Notes under the pieces: generated by a model
Told to the model about the DNA's origin: nothing
Seen by the model: the letters and a program-made list of their open reading frames with translations, nothing else
The model's database searches: none
Assembly (NCBI GenBank): GCA_964016885.1
Contig: OZ024740.1
Location: 218,984,001-219,048,000 of the forward strand
DNA length: 64,000 nt
Reading direction: 5' to 3'
Source of the DNA: Eledone cirrhosa
Lineage: Eukaryota
Position numbers and translations under genes: made by a program
Part shown: positions 26,485-38,319 of the stretch, piece after piece
Layout: every line of letters begins with the position of its first letter
Numbering within the stretch: the stretch's first letter is position 1

Positions 26485-27082
26485 GGTGTTAAAGGATTAA
26501 ATAGGTCAGGTGAGGGTGTTAAAAGATTAAGTATGTCAGGTGGGGTGTTAAAAGATTATGTAGGTTAGGTGGGGGCTGTTAAAAGATTAAGTATGTCAGG
26601 TGAGGTGTTAAAAGATTATGTATGTCAGGTGGGGTGTTAAAAGATTATGTAGGTTAGGTGGGGTGTTAAAAGATTAAGTATGTCAGGTGGGGTGTTAAAA
26701 GATTATGAAGGTTAGGTGGGGTGTTAAAAGATTATGAAGGTTAGGTGGGGTGTTAAAAGATTAAGTATGTCAGGTGGGGTGTTAAAAGATTAAGTATGTC
26801 AGGTGGGGTGTTAAAAGATTATGAAGGTTAGGTGGGGGTGTTAAAAGATTAAGTATGTCAGGTGGGGTGTTAAAAGATTAAGTATGTCAGGTGGGGTGTT
26901 AAAAGATTAAGTATGTCAGGTGGGGTGTTAAAAGATTATGAAGGTTAGGTGGGGGTGTTAAAAGATTAAGTATGTCAGGTGGGGTGTTAAAAGATTAAGT
27001 ATGTCAGGTGGGTGTTAAAAGATTATGTATGTCAGGTGGGGTGTTAAAAGACTATGGAGGTTAGGTGGGGTGTTAAAAGATT
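26485..27082. repeat. 29-30 bp minisatellite GTGTTAAAAGATTA(AGTATGTC/TGAAGGTT)AGGTGGG, about 20 units
   Basis: Direct reading; two interspersed unit types, degenerate toward the left end. Confidence 0.95.
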
Positions 27083-27913
27083 ACAAAACAACAACAACAA
27101 TAATAACAATGGTTTTTGATTTTGACACAAGGCCAGCAATTTGGGGGGAGGGTAAAGTTAATTAGATTGACCCCAGTGTGTGACTGGTACTTTATATTAT
27201 CAAACCTGTAAGGGTGAAAGGCAAAGCTAAATTCGGCAAGATTTGAACTCAGAACATAAAAGGCCGTAACTCTATGCCGTGAAGCATGGTGTATGACGCT
27301 CTACCGATAAAGGATAATAATAATTGTTTCTACTTTTTGGCACAAGGCCAGCAATTATCCCAGGGCATTACTGGTACTTTATTTTATTGACCCCGTAAGG
27401 ATGAAAGGCAAAGTTGACCTCGGCGGGATTTGAACACAGAACGTACAGGAACGTAACTCTATGCTGCAAAGCATGTTGTCTGACACTCTACCAACTATGG
27501 AGAATCAGACATGTAGAAGTGGTACCGATTATGGTTGGTGCACTGGGAGCCAACCCAACAACAATAATAATGATTTCATTTATTGGCCACAAGGGCCAAC
27601 ATGTAGGGGACAATACAAAGACAGGGACAGTGGGGGTTTACAATAAGGTCGAGTAAAAGTGCACAATGGCAAGACTAATTTAACAATGAAGATATAAAAA
27701 TATAAAATAAACTATGCATAAATATAACAAAATAAATTCCCCTATAGGGGGTGGAGACCCAGGGGTGACTCAGGTACCCCACCAATCCTGAACCACCCTG
27801 CACTTCTAGGGCACCCAGGGAGAGCACCCCTCTCCTCAAGTTAGCTAGCCTATAGGCGCATGGTCAGAGTAGGCCCATTCACACGAGCCATTCTCGCCAC
27901 ATTCATCCACCTT

Positions 27914-30900
27914 TTAGCAAATGTACTGGGGGGGGGGGAGCACTTCTCTCTCCACCCTCACCTTCCTTTCCAGGTGAAACTTGAAGAAGTTGATGAGGGA
28001 TTGGTCAAAGAGAAAAGTGTCTGTCTTCAGTCCTTTTAATCTGGTCCACCATATAACCTCTTTCGCAACGGCCACCAGACAGAGGAAAATTGCCTGCTCT
28101 TCCTGACCTAAGGAAGGTGGTGGATCGATCTTCACTATGGACTCGGCTGATAGCCGGATTCGTTCCACACGCGACAGTAGCTGTTCGACATAACTCCACA
28201 AGTCAGTAATGCACAAACATTGGACAAGTGCGTGCAGAACGGTTTCGTCGTTCTGTGTGCATCTTGGGCAGGTCCGTCTGACAACACTTCCATGCCTGTA
28301 GAGTTTATCCCGAACCGGCAGTGCCCCCCCCCCCCCCCCGGTAGCACTGCCAAGCGAGGGATTTCTGGAAATTGTCCATCGTCCCCGGCTCAAAAGTCCT
28401 CCGGTACAGACTGGTCAGTTCGACTTCGTCGAGGCCCAAACCTTCTCCGAGTGCGTCATCACACTTGCCCACCACTAATCCTCTATAGAACTCGAGAATG
28501 GAAGTTCCTCTGATTGCATTGCCCGCTTGGTAGAGGACATGGTAACATTCCAGGTGCCAGTCACCCAGTTTCGGTCTCTTCTTGACTCAGTCAAAGAAAT
28601 GAGCTGCGGAAAGACCTGTCTGATAAACGGCGACCACACCTGTTCACCGTTTAGGCAGAATATCTGGAGATGTCGCAGACTCAGCGCATGTCTGCGCATC
28701 ATTATCCATGGCATGCCCAGCCCTCCGCGTAGAGGTTGCTGGCAGCAGATGGACCGCCTCACCAACGGAACTTGTCCTTTCCACAAGAATTTGAAGAGGA
28801 GCTGTCCCAACTTGACGAGGCGCAGACGGAGGCAAGGCACGACGGTCAGGCGGTAGTACATACGGACACGATGTACGCATTTGCCACCTCCGCCCGACCT
28901 TTCAGTGATAGCTTCCTCCCAGCCCATTTTTGGGTGAGAAATGGCTACTCTGCCCGTTACCTCATCCCAATTCTTTTCCACCTGGAGGTCTGGTCTGAAC
29001 CAAACCCCAAGCAACTTTACCAGTCCGTCCGTCCAGCGCCCCACGACGCTGTTGGACGGCATGGGCTTGCCTCTCCAGGTTCCGAGCTGCAAGCCCACCG
29101 ACTTTTCCGGGTTAAGTTTGGCTCCTGTTCACCTTTCATATTCCTTCAATAAAGTGCCGACCACCTCTATTTCTAAGGTGTCCGACACCATCACGGTGAT
29201 GTTGTCCGCATAAGCCGACACCACCTTTCCACGTCCCGGTTCAAGTGGGATGCCCTGCAACAGCTCCATCTACCGCAGTAAAGGCTCGAGAGTCAATACG
29301 TACAGAAGGGAAGAGAGAGGGCACCCTTGATGGACCGATCGGGAGGGCCGAAATGGTTCCAAGAGGTGGCCATTAACCTTGACCACCGAGCGTGTGACGC
29401 TGAGCATTGCAGTGATCCAGCTTCTGAAGACAGGGCCAAAGCCAGCTGCTTTGAGGGCAAACTCCAGAAACCAATGGTCGAACCTTTCGAATGCTTTCGA
29501 TTGATCTAAATTGATCAGTGCCCCACCGAAGCCAGCTTTACACCCTACCCTCTCTATGATGTATCGCATGAGGTGGACATTGCCGTGTATGGACCTGGCT
29601 GGGATTGCACAAGTTTGCGCCTCCCCAACCAAATCCTCTACGACAAGCGCCAATCTCTTTGCTAACACCTTGGCCAAAATCTTAAACTCTGTGTTGAGCA
29701 GAGTTATGGGCCTGAAGTTGTCTAATGTATCCCTCTTGTTCTCGTCTTTCCTTATAAGCGTCACCACTCCCCTGCTCACATAACTAGGAATACTCCCATT
29801 CTGCTGTCAGTTGCAGTAGGGTGCTTCGAGGAGATCGGAGAACAAGTCTGGCATATTTACGTAAAGCTTGTAGGGCAGGCCATCCAAACCAGGTGACTTG
29901 CGCCTCATGCAGCCGACAAGGGCGTCCTGAATTTTGGCTGAAGTAATCGGTCTTTCGCAGAGCTCAGCGTCGACCATCGAGATGTGCTGCAAGCCGTCAA
30001 GGTAAGTACTGAAATCCGCTACTCTCTCTGACCCGCCACTCTCCCCGAACAACCGAGCAAAGTGCTGGCGAAAAGCCTCACACATCCGCTTGGAATCGCT
30101 TATCTCGTGTCCGTCTTGGTCCGCCAAAGATCGAGTTGTGGTTTTATTACCACGCTGCGCCTCCATCACGCGGGCCCATCGAACAGCTTTGGTTCCCTCG
30201 TTTCTCAGCGTACGTGCCTTAGCTCTGACAATGCAACCTTCGTGTTTCGCATTGAAGAAATGGTCTAATGCCATTCTCACCACTAGCATGTCAGCAGGAA
30301 TGCCACTACAAATAGCCTCATCTAACTTATCTACCAGCTCCCCCTCCTTTCTATTTTTCTCTAACGCTAGTTCTTTGCTGAACTCTATCAAAGTTACTCT
30401 AATCTCTCTTTTGAGAGCCCCCCCCCCCCACCACCATCTGTTGTTGATGATCCCCCTGTCAACTTTTGCTTAACTAAATTGTTGACTCGGTCCCTATAAG
30501 CCTTACGTGCCGGGAATGACATGTTCAGCTTCCAGTAACCCAGTCCCAACCTACGCGTTTTATCTAGGTCGACTAAACAGATCACAAATTTGTGATCTGA
30601 ATAGGCGCCCGTTTTAAAAATTGGGCAGCCTACACTATTTCTATCTATTTTCCTAATGAAGATCCTGTCTATATACGATCTAGATGACCCTATGCAGTTG
30701 GTCCACGTCCATCCTGGCACATTGGGGAAATCTAGTCGATACCTGTCAGACAGTTGGAACTGGCTGATTAGGCTTTTGGAACTGGCTGATTAGGCTGTTT
30801 GAGGCTTTTGCACCCCCTGCTCCTATCAGCTACTCCCACACAATCCCAGTGTGTGTCCAAGATTCTGTTCTAGTCCCCCGCTAACAGTAGAGGACCAGAC

Positions 30901-31295
30901 GTACTCAGAAAAGTTTCCAGGCGCCTAAAGAAGTCCGGTTGTCCGGCCCCAGTAGGGGCGTAGACGGCCAGCAGTCTAAAGGCACCATCTTTGCTACTGT
31001 TCACATCCAGGACCACCAACTTACCATCCGGGTGCCGGGAGATCGACCTTACCTCGAGATCCAGACCTTTTCTAAACAGCACTGCCACCCCACCTTCCAT
31101 TCCCGGCCTGCTAACAGATGTGAAGATCTGATAGTTGTCGAAAATGGGAGCTAGTGCATGCGTGTCGGAAATGATGGTCTCGCTGACGGCAATCACATCC
31201 ATTTCCAGAGACCTGAGGTCGTTGAGCAGGCAACCCTGCTTCCAGGGTGACCCCAGGCCACGAACATTTAAACTTCCTAATCTTAATATGGCCAT
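27914..31295 (-). pseudogene. Tx1 ORF2 (APE-RT-zinc finger), fragmented
   Basis: ORFs 30870..31295, 30394..30720, 29807..30391, 29270..29779, 28475..29098 and 27914..28393 are colinear with ORF 534..2888. Confidence 0.9.
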
Positions 31296-31304
31296 GTTGG
31301 CAAG

Positions 31305-33118
31305 CTAAAAGAAAGAGGGGTCTTGTGAAGGTCGGGTGGTTCGACCTCCATGGTTGGTGGGATTTCTTTTGGGAACCCCTTTAAAAGTCTTGATGTGGGT
31401 TTCACGTTCGGGGTTCCCACATCTTGAGGAAAGCTCTCTCAAATTTCTTTGTAGGAATCGAGCGACATTCGCACCAGAAGCAAATCTTCTGGCATGCAAA
31501 ATGTGTTCAATTCAAAGATCTCCCCCTCTGTTTGGATGTCCTCACTTCGTGCTAAGAGGGCCATCAATTTATCGTTGGCCCTTCTGACAAGCACGTAGTT
31601 TTTAATGTTTTGTTGGTGTGGTTTTATTTGTTTTCGTTTTGGTGACTGTGGTGGTGATGGTTTTGATGGTGTTGTTTCGGGTATGTCTGTGTTTGTTGTA
31701 GGTGTGGTGTCTGCAATTTCAGGTGTCTGTGTGTTTATTTGTTCTTGTGTTTGTTTAGGTTGTTTGCATTTCGGGGATTGTGGGGGTAGTGTTGATGTTG
31801 ATGTTGGTGTTGATGTTATTGGGGAAGTGTTTGCGTTAGTGGTGTCTGTATCTTTTGTTGTGTATGTTTTTGTGTTTTGTTGGGGCTTTTTTTTTGGTGA
31901 GTTTTCTCTTGTTTTTTGGCACTTTTGGGTTTTCCTTCATCTTCACTGCTGGAAGACAAAAGGTCTGTGGCTGTGAGTATATCTGTGCCTGTGTGTGCAT
32001 TTATTGTTTTGTCTATGTGTATTGGCTCTCCCACTCCCCCTACCCTATTGGAGGGGTAGGGGGTGGGGTTACCCGTGTCATTGTTGGTGTTGTTTTTGGT
32101 GGTGGTGGTGCAGCTTTCCGTGCTGACACTGGCGTTGGCAACAAAGGAGGTTTGCAACCCCCTGCATTTTTGAACTGAGGGCAGAAGGCTTGCAGATGCG
32201 TTGCTTCCCTGCAGACGAAGCAGTGCAGCCTTCTACCCTCAGTGATTAATTAGATTGTTGTCCCGTCCTGCAGGCGGGCAAAATCCGGTATGTTGTTGAT
32301 GTCCTTGGTTTCATTTGGAGAAGAATCTCCAAATCCATTCCGGACCAGTCTTCTCTCTCTCTCCTTTTGATATCCAGGAGGGTAGTGTCTATCCCCTTCT
32401 CGATTATACATCCCAGGAACCACCATATGTTCATTCCTGGTGGGATCCTGGGAATGCGGACCTTTACTGTTCTTTTGCCCATGTAGGACGGGTGCATGAT
32501 AATGCGTTCCGTTTTGCAGGGGGTCACCAAGTGCTTTTAGCAAGGGCGGTCAGTTTTGAACAGTACCGAGATGGTACCGAACTGCTTGGCCCTTGCTTTA
32601 TACTCGATGTCACTTCCGATGCACTTCAAAGCAGCCTTGACCTCTGCTTGGCTGGCAAGTTCCACTTTGCGTGTCTGCACTGATATGCATCGAAAGTACA
32701 CCATCCCCCTTTGCATGGCCGCTATTTCCCCGTCCGGGATGGTCAGGTTTGCCCAGGACTTCTCCCGTTTAATTAACCTCCATGCCTGGGCCAACTGTTG
32801 TTCCTTATCGCTAATATCAATATTGAATAAGCGCTTTGTTTTCGCTGCTGCCGCTGCAAAGATGGTGCCTCTGTTGCTCTTGTCGTTGGTGTTGTCGTTC
32901 TTGCTGTTGTTGTTGGTGTTGTTGTTGTTGTTTTGTTTGTTGTTGCTGTTGCTACCGCCATCAATGTTTACATTGAGGCTGTCGGTGTTATTGTCGTTGT
33001 TGTTGTGGTGGTGGATGTTGTCGTTTTGAGATGGTACTGCTACTATCACAGAAGGGAGCAGTTGTGATGGTAACTTTTGTGTTTTGCCTTCACATTCAGT
33101 GGAATGGATGACAGACAT
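31305..33118 (-). pseudogene. Tx1 ORF1 (gag-like nucleic-acid-binding protein), frameshifted
   Basis: Pieces in ORFs 32537..33286, 32246..32530, 31816..32157 and 31305..31499. CFVCREATHLQAFC (CX2CX4HX4C) at 32181-32222. Stop codon 9 nt before the ORF2 ATG. Confidence 0.8.
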
Positions 33119-33452
33119 GTCTGTAGTAGTGGTGAGATCTATTAATAATAATAGCAAAACAACAACTTTAATAACAACAATAACAAAACCACAAAACAAC
33201 AACAATAATAATAGCCAGAAAAAAGCAATGACAAAACAACAACAAATCACAAAACCACAACAATAACAAAACAACAGCAATAACAAATCAACAACAATAA
33301 CAAAACAACAAACATCTAAGATAACTAATGTTAAACACTAAACTGATAAATATTTATGAATCCTGTTGTGACTAAATGAGAAGAAAACAGGAAAATATTG
33401 ACTATTGAGGGCAATCCTAAAATATCTAACTGTTGAAATAGATAGTTTAGTA

Positions 33453-33771
33453 CAGGGGTGAACAACAGGCGGTCCATGGGCCACAATCCGACCCACCAGA
33501 CTAGTCAGAGTGGCCCGCGATGACTGTTTTTAATTTTTACCTTGTAGGCTTATTTAGAATTTTTGTTGTAACCGTAATACAATTTTCTGTTAGTTGACCT
33601 ATACTAAAGGGCTTCCCTGATAGGGTTATGTGTGTTATAATTTCTCAGCTCCATGTTATGGAAAGAAGTTGTGGTGAATCTTTGGAATAGTGCTTAATAA
33701 ATATTGATGGCCCTAATAGTTGTTCTAATGTTCAAAAGTGGCCCGCCAATGGAATATGTTGTACACCACTG
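33453..33771. mobile_element. hAT (Charlie-like) MITE with perfect 8-bp TSD
   Basis: GTTTAGTA|CAGGGGTGAACAAC ... GTTGTACACCACTG|GTTTAGTA; subterminal GGCCC motifs. Confidence 0.9.
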
Positions 33772-33823
33772 GTTTAGTATCTCAATAATACACGGTTAAC
33801 TCTCTTTTTGTCACTTCTTACAT

Positions 33824-34100
33824 TCTTCTTCTTCTTCTTCTTCTTCTTCTTCTTCTTCTTCTTCGCCCACCACTTATTCCTGGGAGGGTCGTGGGGGCAG
33901 AGTCCTCAAACATTCCTTCCATTGGGTTTTGTCAGAAGCAACCGTCTCCAACTGATCCAGATGGATCCCCTTTCAAGCGTGACCAGCCAAGCTCATGGAT
34001 GTTATCTAACCATATTGCTCAGAGTCTACCCCTGAGTTTCCTACTTGCTGGTTTTGCCTGTAAAATCTGTCCAGCGATTCTTTCCTGAGACATTCTAACC
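33824..34100 (-). mobile_element. 3' end of an RTE-like LINE with (GAA)n tail
   Basis: Minus strand ends TTTGAGGACTCTGCCCCCACGACC..GGAATAAGTGG..(GAA)n; the same terminus occurs on + at 56820-56962. Confidence 0.65.
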
Positions 34101-34404
34101 ACTTCTTACACACCTGGCTAGATGGTTAAGAAGTTTATTCCACAATCATGAGATCCTGAATTTGATCCTACTTTATAGTATTTTGGGCAAATGTCTTTAT
34201 CATAGCTTCGGGTCACCTCCAAATCTTGTGTGGAAGATCATTGAATGGTTTGTTCATGTAAGTTCAAAGGTCCTGCTGATTTGGCTTGGCAATTATGTTT
34301 AGGAGACATGTACCTGTGGAATAGGTTAATTTATAAGTCAATTCATGAATTAGATGGCCAGTCAATCAAACAAATGAATGTTCATCAATGAAACCAATAG
34401 AGGA

Positions 34405-34690
34405 TTCATCATCATCATCATCATCATCACCACCATCACCACTGCTATCATCATCCACACCACCACCACCACCCTCACTGCCACCATCACCATCATCAGC
34501 ATCATCACAATCATCATCATCATCATCATCACCATCACCACTACTATCATCACCCTCTCTACCACCACCACCACCATCACCACAATCATCATCACCATCA
34601 TCAACACCACCACCACCACCACCACCACCACCATCACCACCACCACCACCATCATCATCATCACAATCATCATCACCAGCACCACCACTA
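34405..34690. repeat. Compound (ATC)n/(ACC)n repeat
   Basis: Direct reading. Confidence 0.95.
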
Positions 34691-34694
34691 ACTA

Positions 34695-34897
34695 ATTTCA
34701 AATAGATATCAAATCCCATGTTACTACTTATATCCAATGGTACAGTGTCTTTAGATCTCAAATATAATTCACCGACAAATGTTTCATAAAAATTTATCAG
34801 AATTGACTTCATTTCATGAGACGTCCCGAGATTATTTATGTCACATGAAGAAATTATTGATGACTTTCTAAAGTATTGTAATACACAATTTGGCAAA
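34695..34897 (-). other. Possible host-gene exon (unidentified)
   Basis: About 200-nt stop-free frame in AT-rich DNA (LPNCVLQYFRKSSII..FYETFVGELYLRSKDTVPLDISSNMGFDIYLKL) between ATTCCAG| and |GTTAGT. Confidence 0.25.
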
Positions 34898-34913
34898 CTG
34901 GAATAGCATTTAA

Positions 34914-35127
34914 CCCTTTAGCATTCACATTACTCTATATATGCTATTATATTTTCATGGTAAATGCTTTATCTCACATAATTATCTCACATAATATCGA
35001 ATCTATGAGATTTTGATATTATTTATTTTGAGAACAATACCTTAACATCAGTATGAGTGGCCAGTTATGACCAGTTTGAACAGTGAGAGAGTTTGGGCTG
35101 GATATGGCCGGTTTAAATGGTAAAGGG
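34914..35127. mobile_element. TTAA-flanked (piggyBac-like) MITE, same family as 13060-13280
   Basis: TTAA|CCCTTTAGCATT ... AAATGGTAAAGGG|TTAA; interior matches the first copy. Confidence 0.8.
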
Positions 35128-35159
35128 TTAAAATACTGAGTATAATTTGATCATCTGTC

Positions 35160-35510
35160 AAGTTAAGTAACACCATGTTGCCTGCCAATTCCAGCCAACT
35201 GATTTTACACTTGCTAGTCATGACACCACTTCTAGCCTGGCTGTGCATATCAATCCTGTTCATGTAAATAATGAACAAGAGTGGTGACAGTAAGTACCCT
35301 TGGCTGAGTCCAACTCCCACATTGAATGGTTTTGATTTAGCACCATTTATCTGAACACAAATACTTGGGCATTCGTATAGGGCATCAGGGCAGCAAGAAG
35401 CTGACCAAAGATCCCATACTTCTGCAGAACCTTCCACAGCAGGTCCTTAGGAACGTGGTCATATGCCTTTTCAAGGTTGACAAAGCAAGAATTTACTGTC
35501 ACAGTGTGAA
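35160..35510 (-). mobile_element. Decayed RT fragment (RTE-like)
   Basis: CFVNLEKAYDHVP..LWKVL and FNVGVGLSQGYLLSPLLFIIYM in adjacent frames. Confidence 0.7.
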
Positions 35511-35524
35511 TATTCTCCTGGGTT

Positions 35525-35990
35525 GTCTGAACATCCCTGAGGCCAGATGCAGTACTTTGGTCTAAAATGATAATCCTGATTGAACTTACAATCCCATGGG
35601 AAGAAGAGTGTGGCAACACCTTTGAGTGAAAGAGTGCCAAGTATCAAGAACTTGTGCAGGAGTGAGTGTAAGGAGAAAGTTTGGGTTGAGTGGGCTGCAG
35701 GGGATTCCCGGCACACATGGAATGGAAATTGCTCAATGCTATTGGAATGACAGGAAGAGAGAAGATTGCAGTTTGCAGAGTGGGGGAGATAGCAGAAAAG
35801 ACTTTTTGTTTGTTTTGGAGCAGGAAAAAGGAGATGATGGGCAGTAATTTGGCTACCACTGCTGACCCATCAGTAAGAGGGTGTTACAGTTGAGGATTGA
35901 AACACCCAATGATTGTCAGACACTGTCTGATGACATCAACTCCTGGCCAGGGCAATGTTCACTGAAGGTGAATGAATGTGAGGCATCTTC
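35525..35990 (+). mobile_element. HERO/NeSL-like RLE LINE 3' fragment
   Basis: Reads TSLRPDAVLWSK..ILIELTIPWEE..KYQELV, a PD..E.T.PWE..K endonuclease signature, with broken frames. Confidence 0.6.
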
Positions 35991-35999
35991 TTGAAGATG

Positions 36000-36945
36000 T
36001 AATTATGCCTACAATGAACTACAAATTTCAGAAGGTCACTTTATTGCTGAAATGAAAACCACAGAGAAAGAAAAGCAGGTAAAAATAGTTGCAAAGAAAG
36101 AACTATTAAAGAAACTGACTGAGAAATGGCAACAAAAAGCCTCTGTATGTAAAATACCCAGAAATACTTAACAATTCTGATGTTAACAACACTTTAACTC
36201 ATCAGTGGTTGGCACCTTCATTTTTCGTTGGCATCCAACAAAAAACTATCAAGCCAAGCCAATATCATAAATAATGGATGCAACCCATTATGCTGTGTGT
36301 GTAAAAGACAACCAGAGACCATTGATCATATAATTTCAATGTGTAATCTTTTAGCTCAAACTGAATACCTTAACAGTCAGACAGAGCTGCATACTACATA
36401 CATTGGATAATGTGCAAGTATTTTGATTTTCCACATCAAAAGAATTAGTGAGATCATTAACCACTTCCTATACTTGAAAAAGGCCACATTTCAATTTTGT
36501 GAAACAGACCAGAAAATAGATACAAATAGAGCTAATATAATACTGAAGGCATTTCAACAGCTAATTGACATGACTATTCCTAGAAACAAGGATGTATCGA
36601 TGAAAATATTTGAAAAATTGAGCAAATATAAAGACCTGGAAATAGAGATTGGAAAAATGTGGATGTTGAAAGCTAAAACAATTCCACTGGTTGTAGGAGC
36701 ACCTGGAATGATACCTAAGGGGCCTTATGATTACTCATATTCCAGGAAACCCCTGTAAATAGAAGAAATACAAAAGATAGTATTAACTGGATCTGCCCAT
36801 ATAGAAAGGAAAATGTTGTCGATATAAGTATCGCATGAGTGTAAATATCTAATTTTTTTTTCTAAACATGGCAGAATTGGTGTCTCTTCAGGTCACTGGT
36901 TGCAACTTGGTGATAACTTGTATGAAGATGAAGCAAAATACAAAT
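36000..36945 (+). mobile_element. Decayed R4/Dong-type LINE 3' region (same family as 41955-43068)
   Basis: CNPLCCVCKRQPETIDHII, KLSKYKDLEIEIGKMW, IPLVVGAPG; ends in an AAT run. Confidence 0.85.
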
Positions 36946-37164
36946 GATAATAATAATCATGGTTTCTGATGTAGGAAGATGGCTAACAATTTTGGAGAAG
37001 TGGAAAGTTGATTAAATCAACATCCAGTACGTGGCTATTACTTTATTTTATTAGCCTTGATGGATGATAGGCAAAGTTGACCTCAAAAGGATTTGAACTC
37101 AGAATGCAGAAAGCTGATTTTGTCTGATGCCCTATCGATACTACCAATTCATTGCCCTCATACT

Positions 37165-37209
<45 letters not shown>

Positions 37210-37329
37210 ATACGGGTTCGATAAAATAAAGTACCAGTAATGTACTGGGCAATTGCTGGCCTTGTGCCAAAAGTAGAAACAATTATTAGTGGATGTAAAT
37301 CCCGCCGAGGATTATTACAAACAATTATT

Positions 37330-37945
37330 AGTGGATGTAAGATGCTTTCTCAGAAAGAGTACAAGAGAAGGTACAATAACATTGGTTCATTGGAAGCTCT
37401 GTCATAAATATGACATGAGCAGAAGTGAGAAATGGTATGAGCACCAACTGGAAAGGGTTGCCGAAAATGAACAATATAAATTCTTGTGGGACATGACCAT
37501 CCAGTGCAACTATTTTATCGTGGCTAGAAGGCCTGACATTGTTGTTGTAGAAGGGAAGAATAGCAAGGTAAATATTGTGGATATTGCTTCACCGTGGGAC
37601 CACAGGGTGAATGAGAAGGAAAGTGAGAAAGCTGAAAAATACCAGGAGCTGGACAGGGAAATCAGGAAACTATGGAGAATCAGACACGTAGAAGTGGTCC
37701 CGATTGTGGTTGGCACACTGGGAGCAGTTAGTAGAAGGTTGGATGCATGGCTTGAGAAGCTAGGAATTACCACCAGGACAGGATTGTTGCAGAAAACAGC
37801 CTTGCTAGGGACAGCAAGAATTCTAAGAAAGGCGCTGGAAAGTTGAAGGAGAAGGAATGACCCAAAGGACCTTTGGCCATTGGCTATGGCTCAATCTTCT
37901 GGGATAGTGTTGGTATAACATCTGCCAGAGCAAAAGTGTTATGAA
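37330..37945 (+). mobile_element. R4/Dong-type LINE 3' fragment (RLE domain), second family
   Basis: HWKLC..KWYEH..LWD..RRPDIVVV..IVDIASPWD..KYQEL..PIVVGTLG..LQKTALLGTARILRK, then UTR and (AAT)n. Confidence 0.88.
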
Positions 37946-37983
37946 TAGTAATAATAATAATGATTTCTTTCTTTATTTATTTA

Positions 37984-38015
<32 letters not shown>

Positions 38016-38033
38016 TAATAATAATAATAATAA

Positions 38034-38288
38034 TAGGATTTGGAACTGCCATGAAGTCAAAGTGATCCCGATTGTCATAGGCGCACTGGGGACTATCTCC
38101 AAAAGTTTCCAGGGATGGTTAAAGAAAATCGGCCCCTTCACGCTTTTTGGAACGCTTCAAAAGGCATGCTTGCTTGGAACAGCAAGAACCCTCCGATACG
38201 TCCTGAATATCTGAGGCTGCAGGTAGTGGCTTGATATTCAATCCAACGGACTTTCCAGTTAACCAACATCAATGACTGAGATTCAAGG
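38034..38288 (+). mobile_element. Severely 5'-truncated copy of the adjacent R4/Dong family
   Basis: Near-identical to 41553-41808; flanked by (AAT)n on both sides. Confidence 0.9.
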
Positions 38289-38319
38289 AATAACAACAAT
38301 AATAATAATAATAATAACT

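Larger units (their letters stand above)
27572..33196 (-). mobile_element. Full-length but inactivated Tx1/L1-clade LINE (ORF1 + ORF2 + 3' UTR)
   Basis: ORF1 from about 33118 (MSVIHSTE) with a CCHC knuckle. ORF2 from 31295 (MAILRLGSLNVRGL) through APE, RT (YADN instead of YADD) and C-terminal CPRC..ETVLHALVQC. Many frameshifts. 3' end AATAAATGAAATC-(ATT)n. Candidate TSD CAACAACAATAATAAT at 27556-27571 and 33197-33212. Confidence 0.92.
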
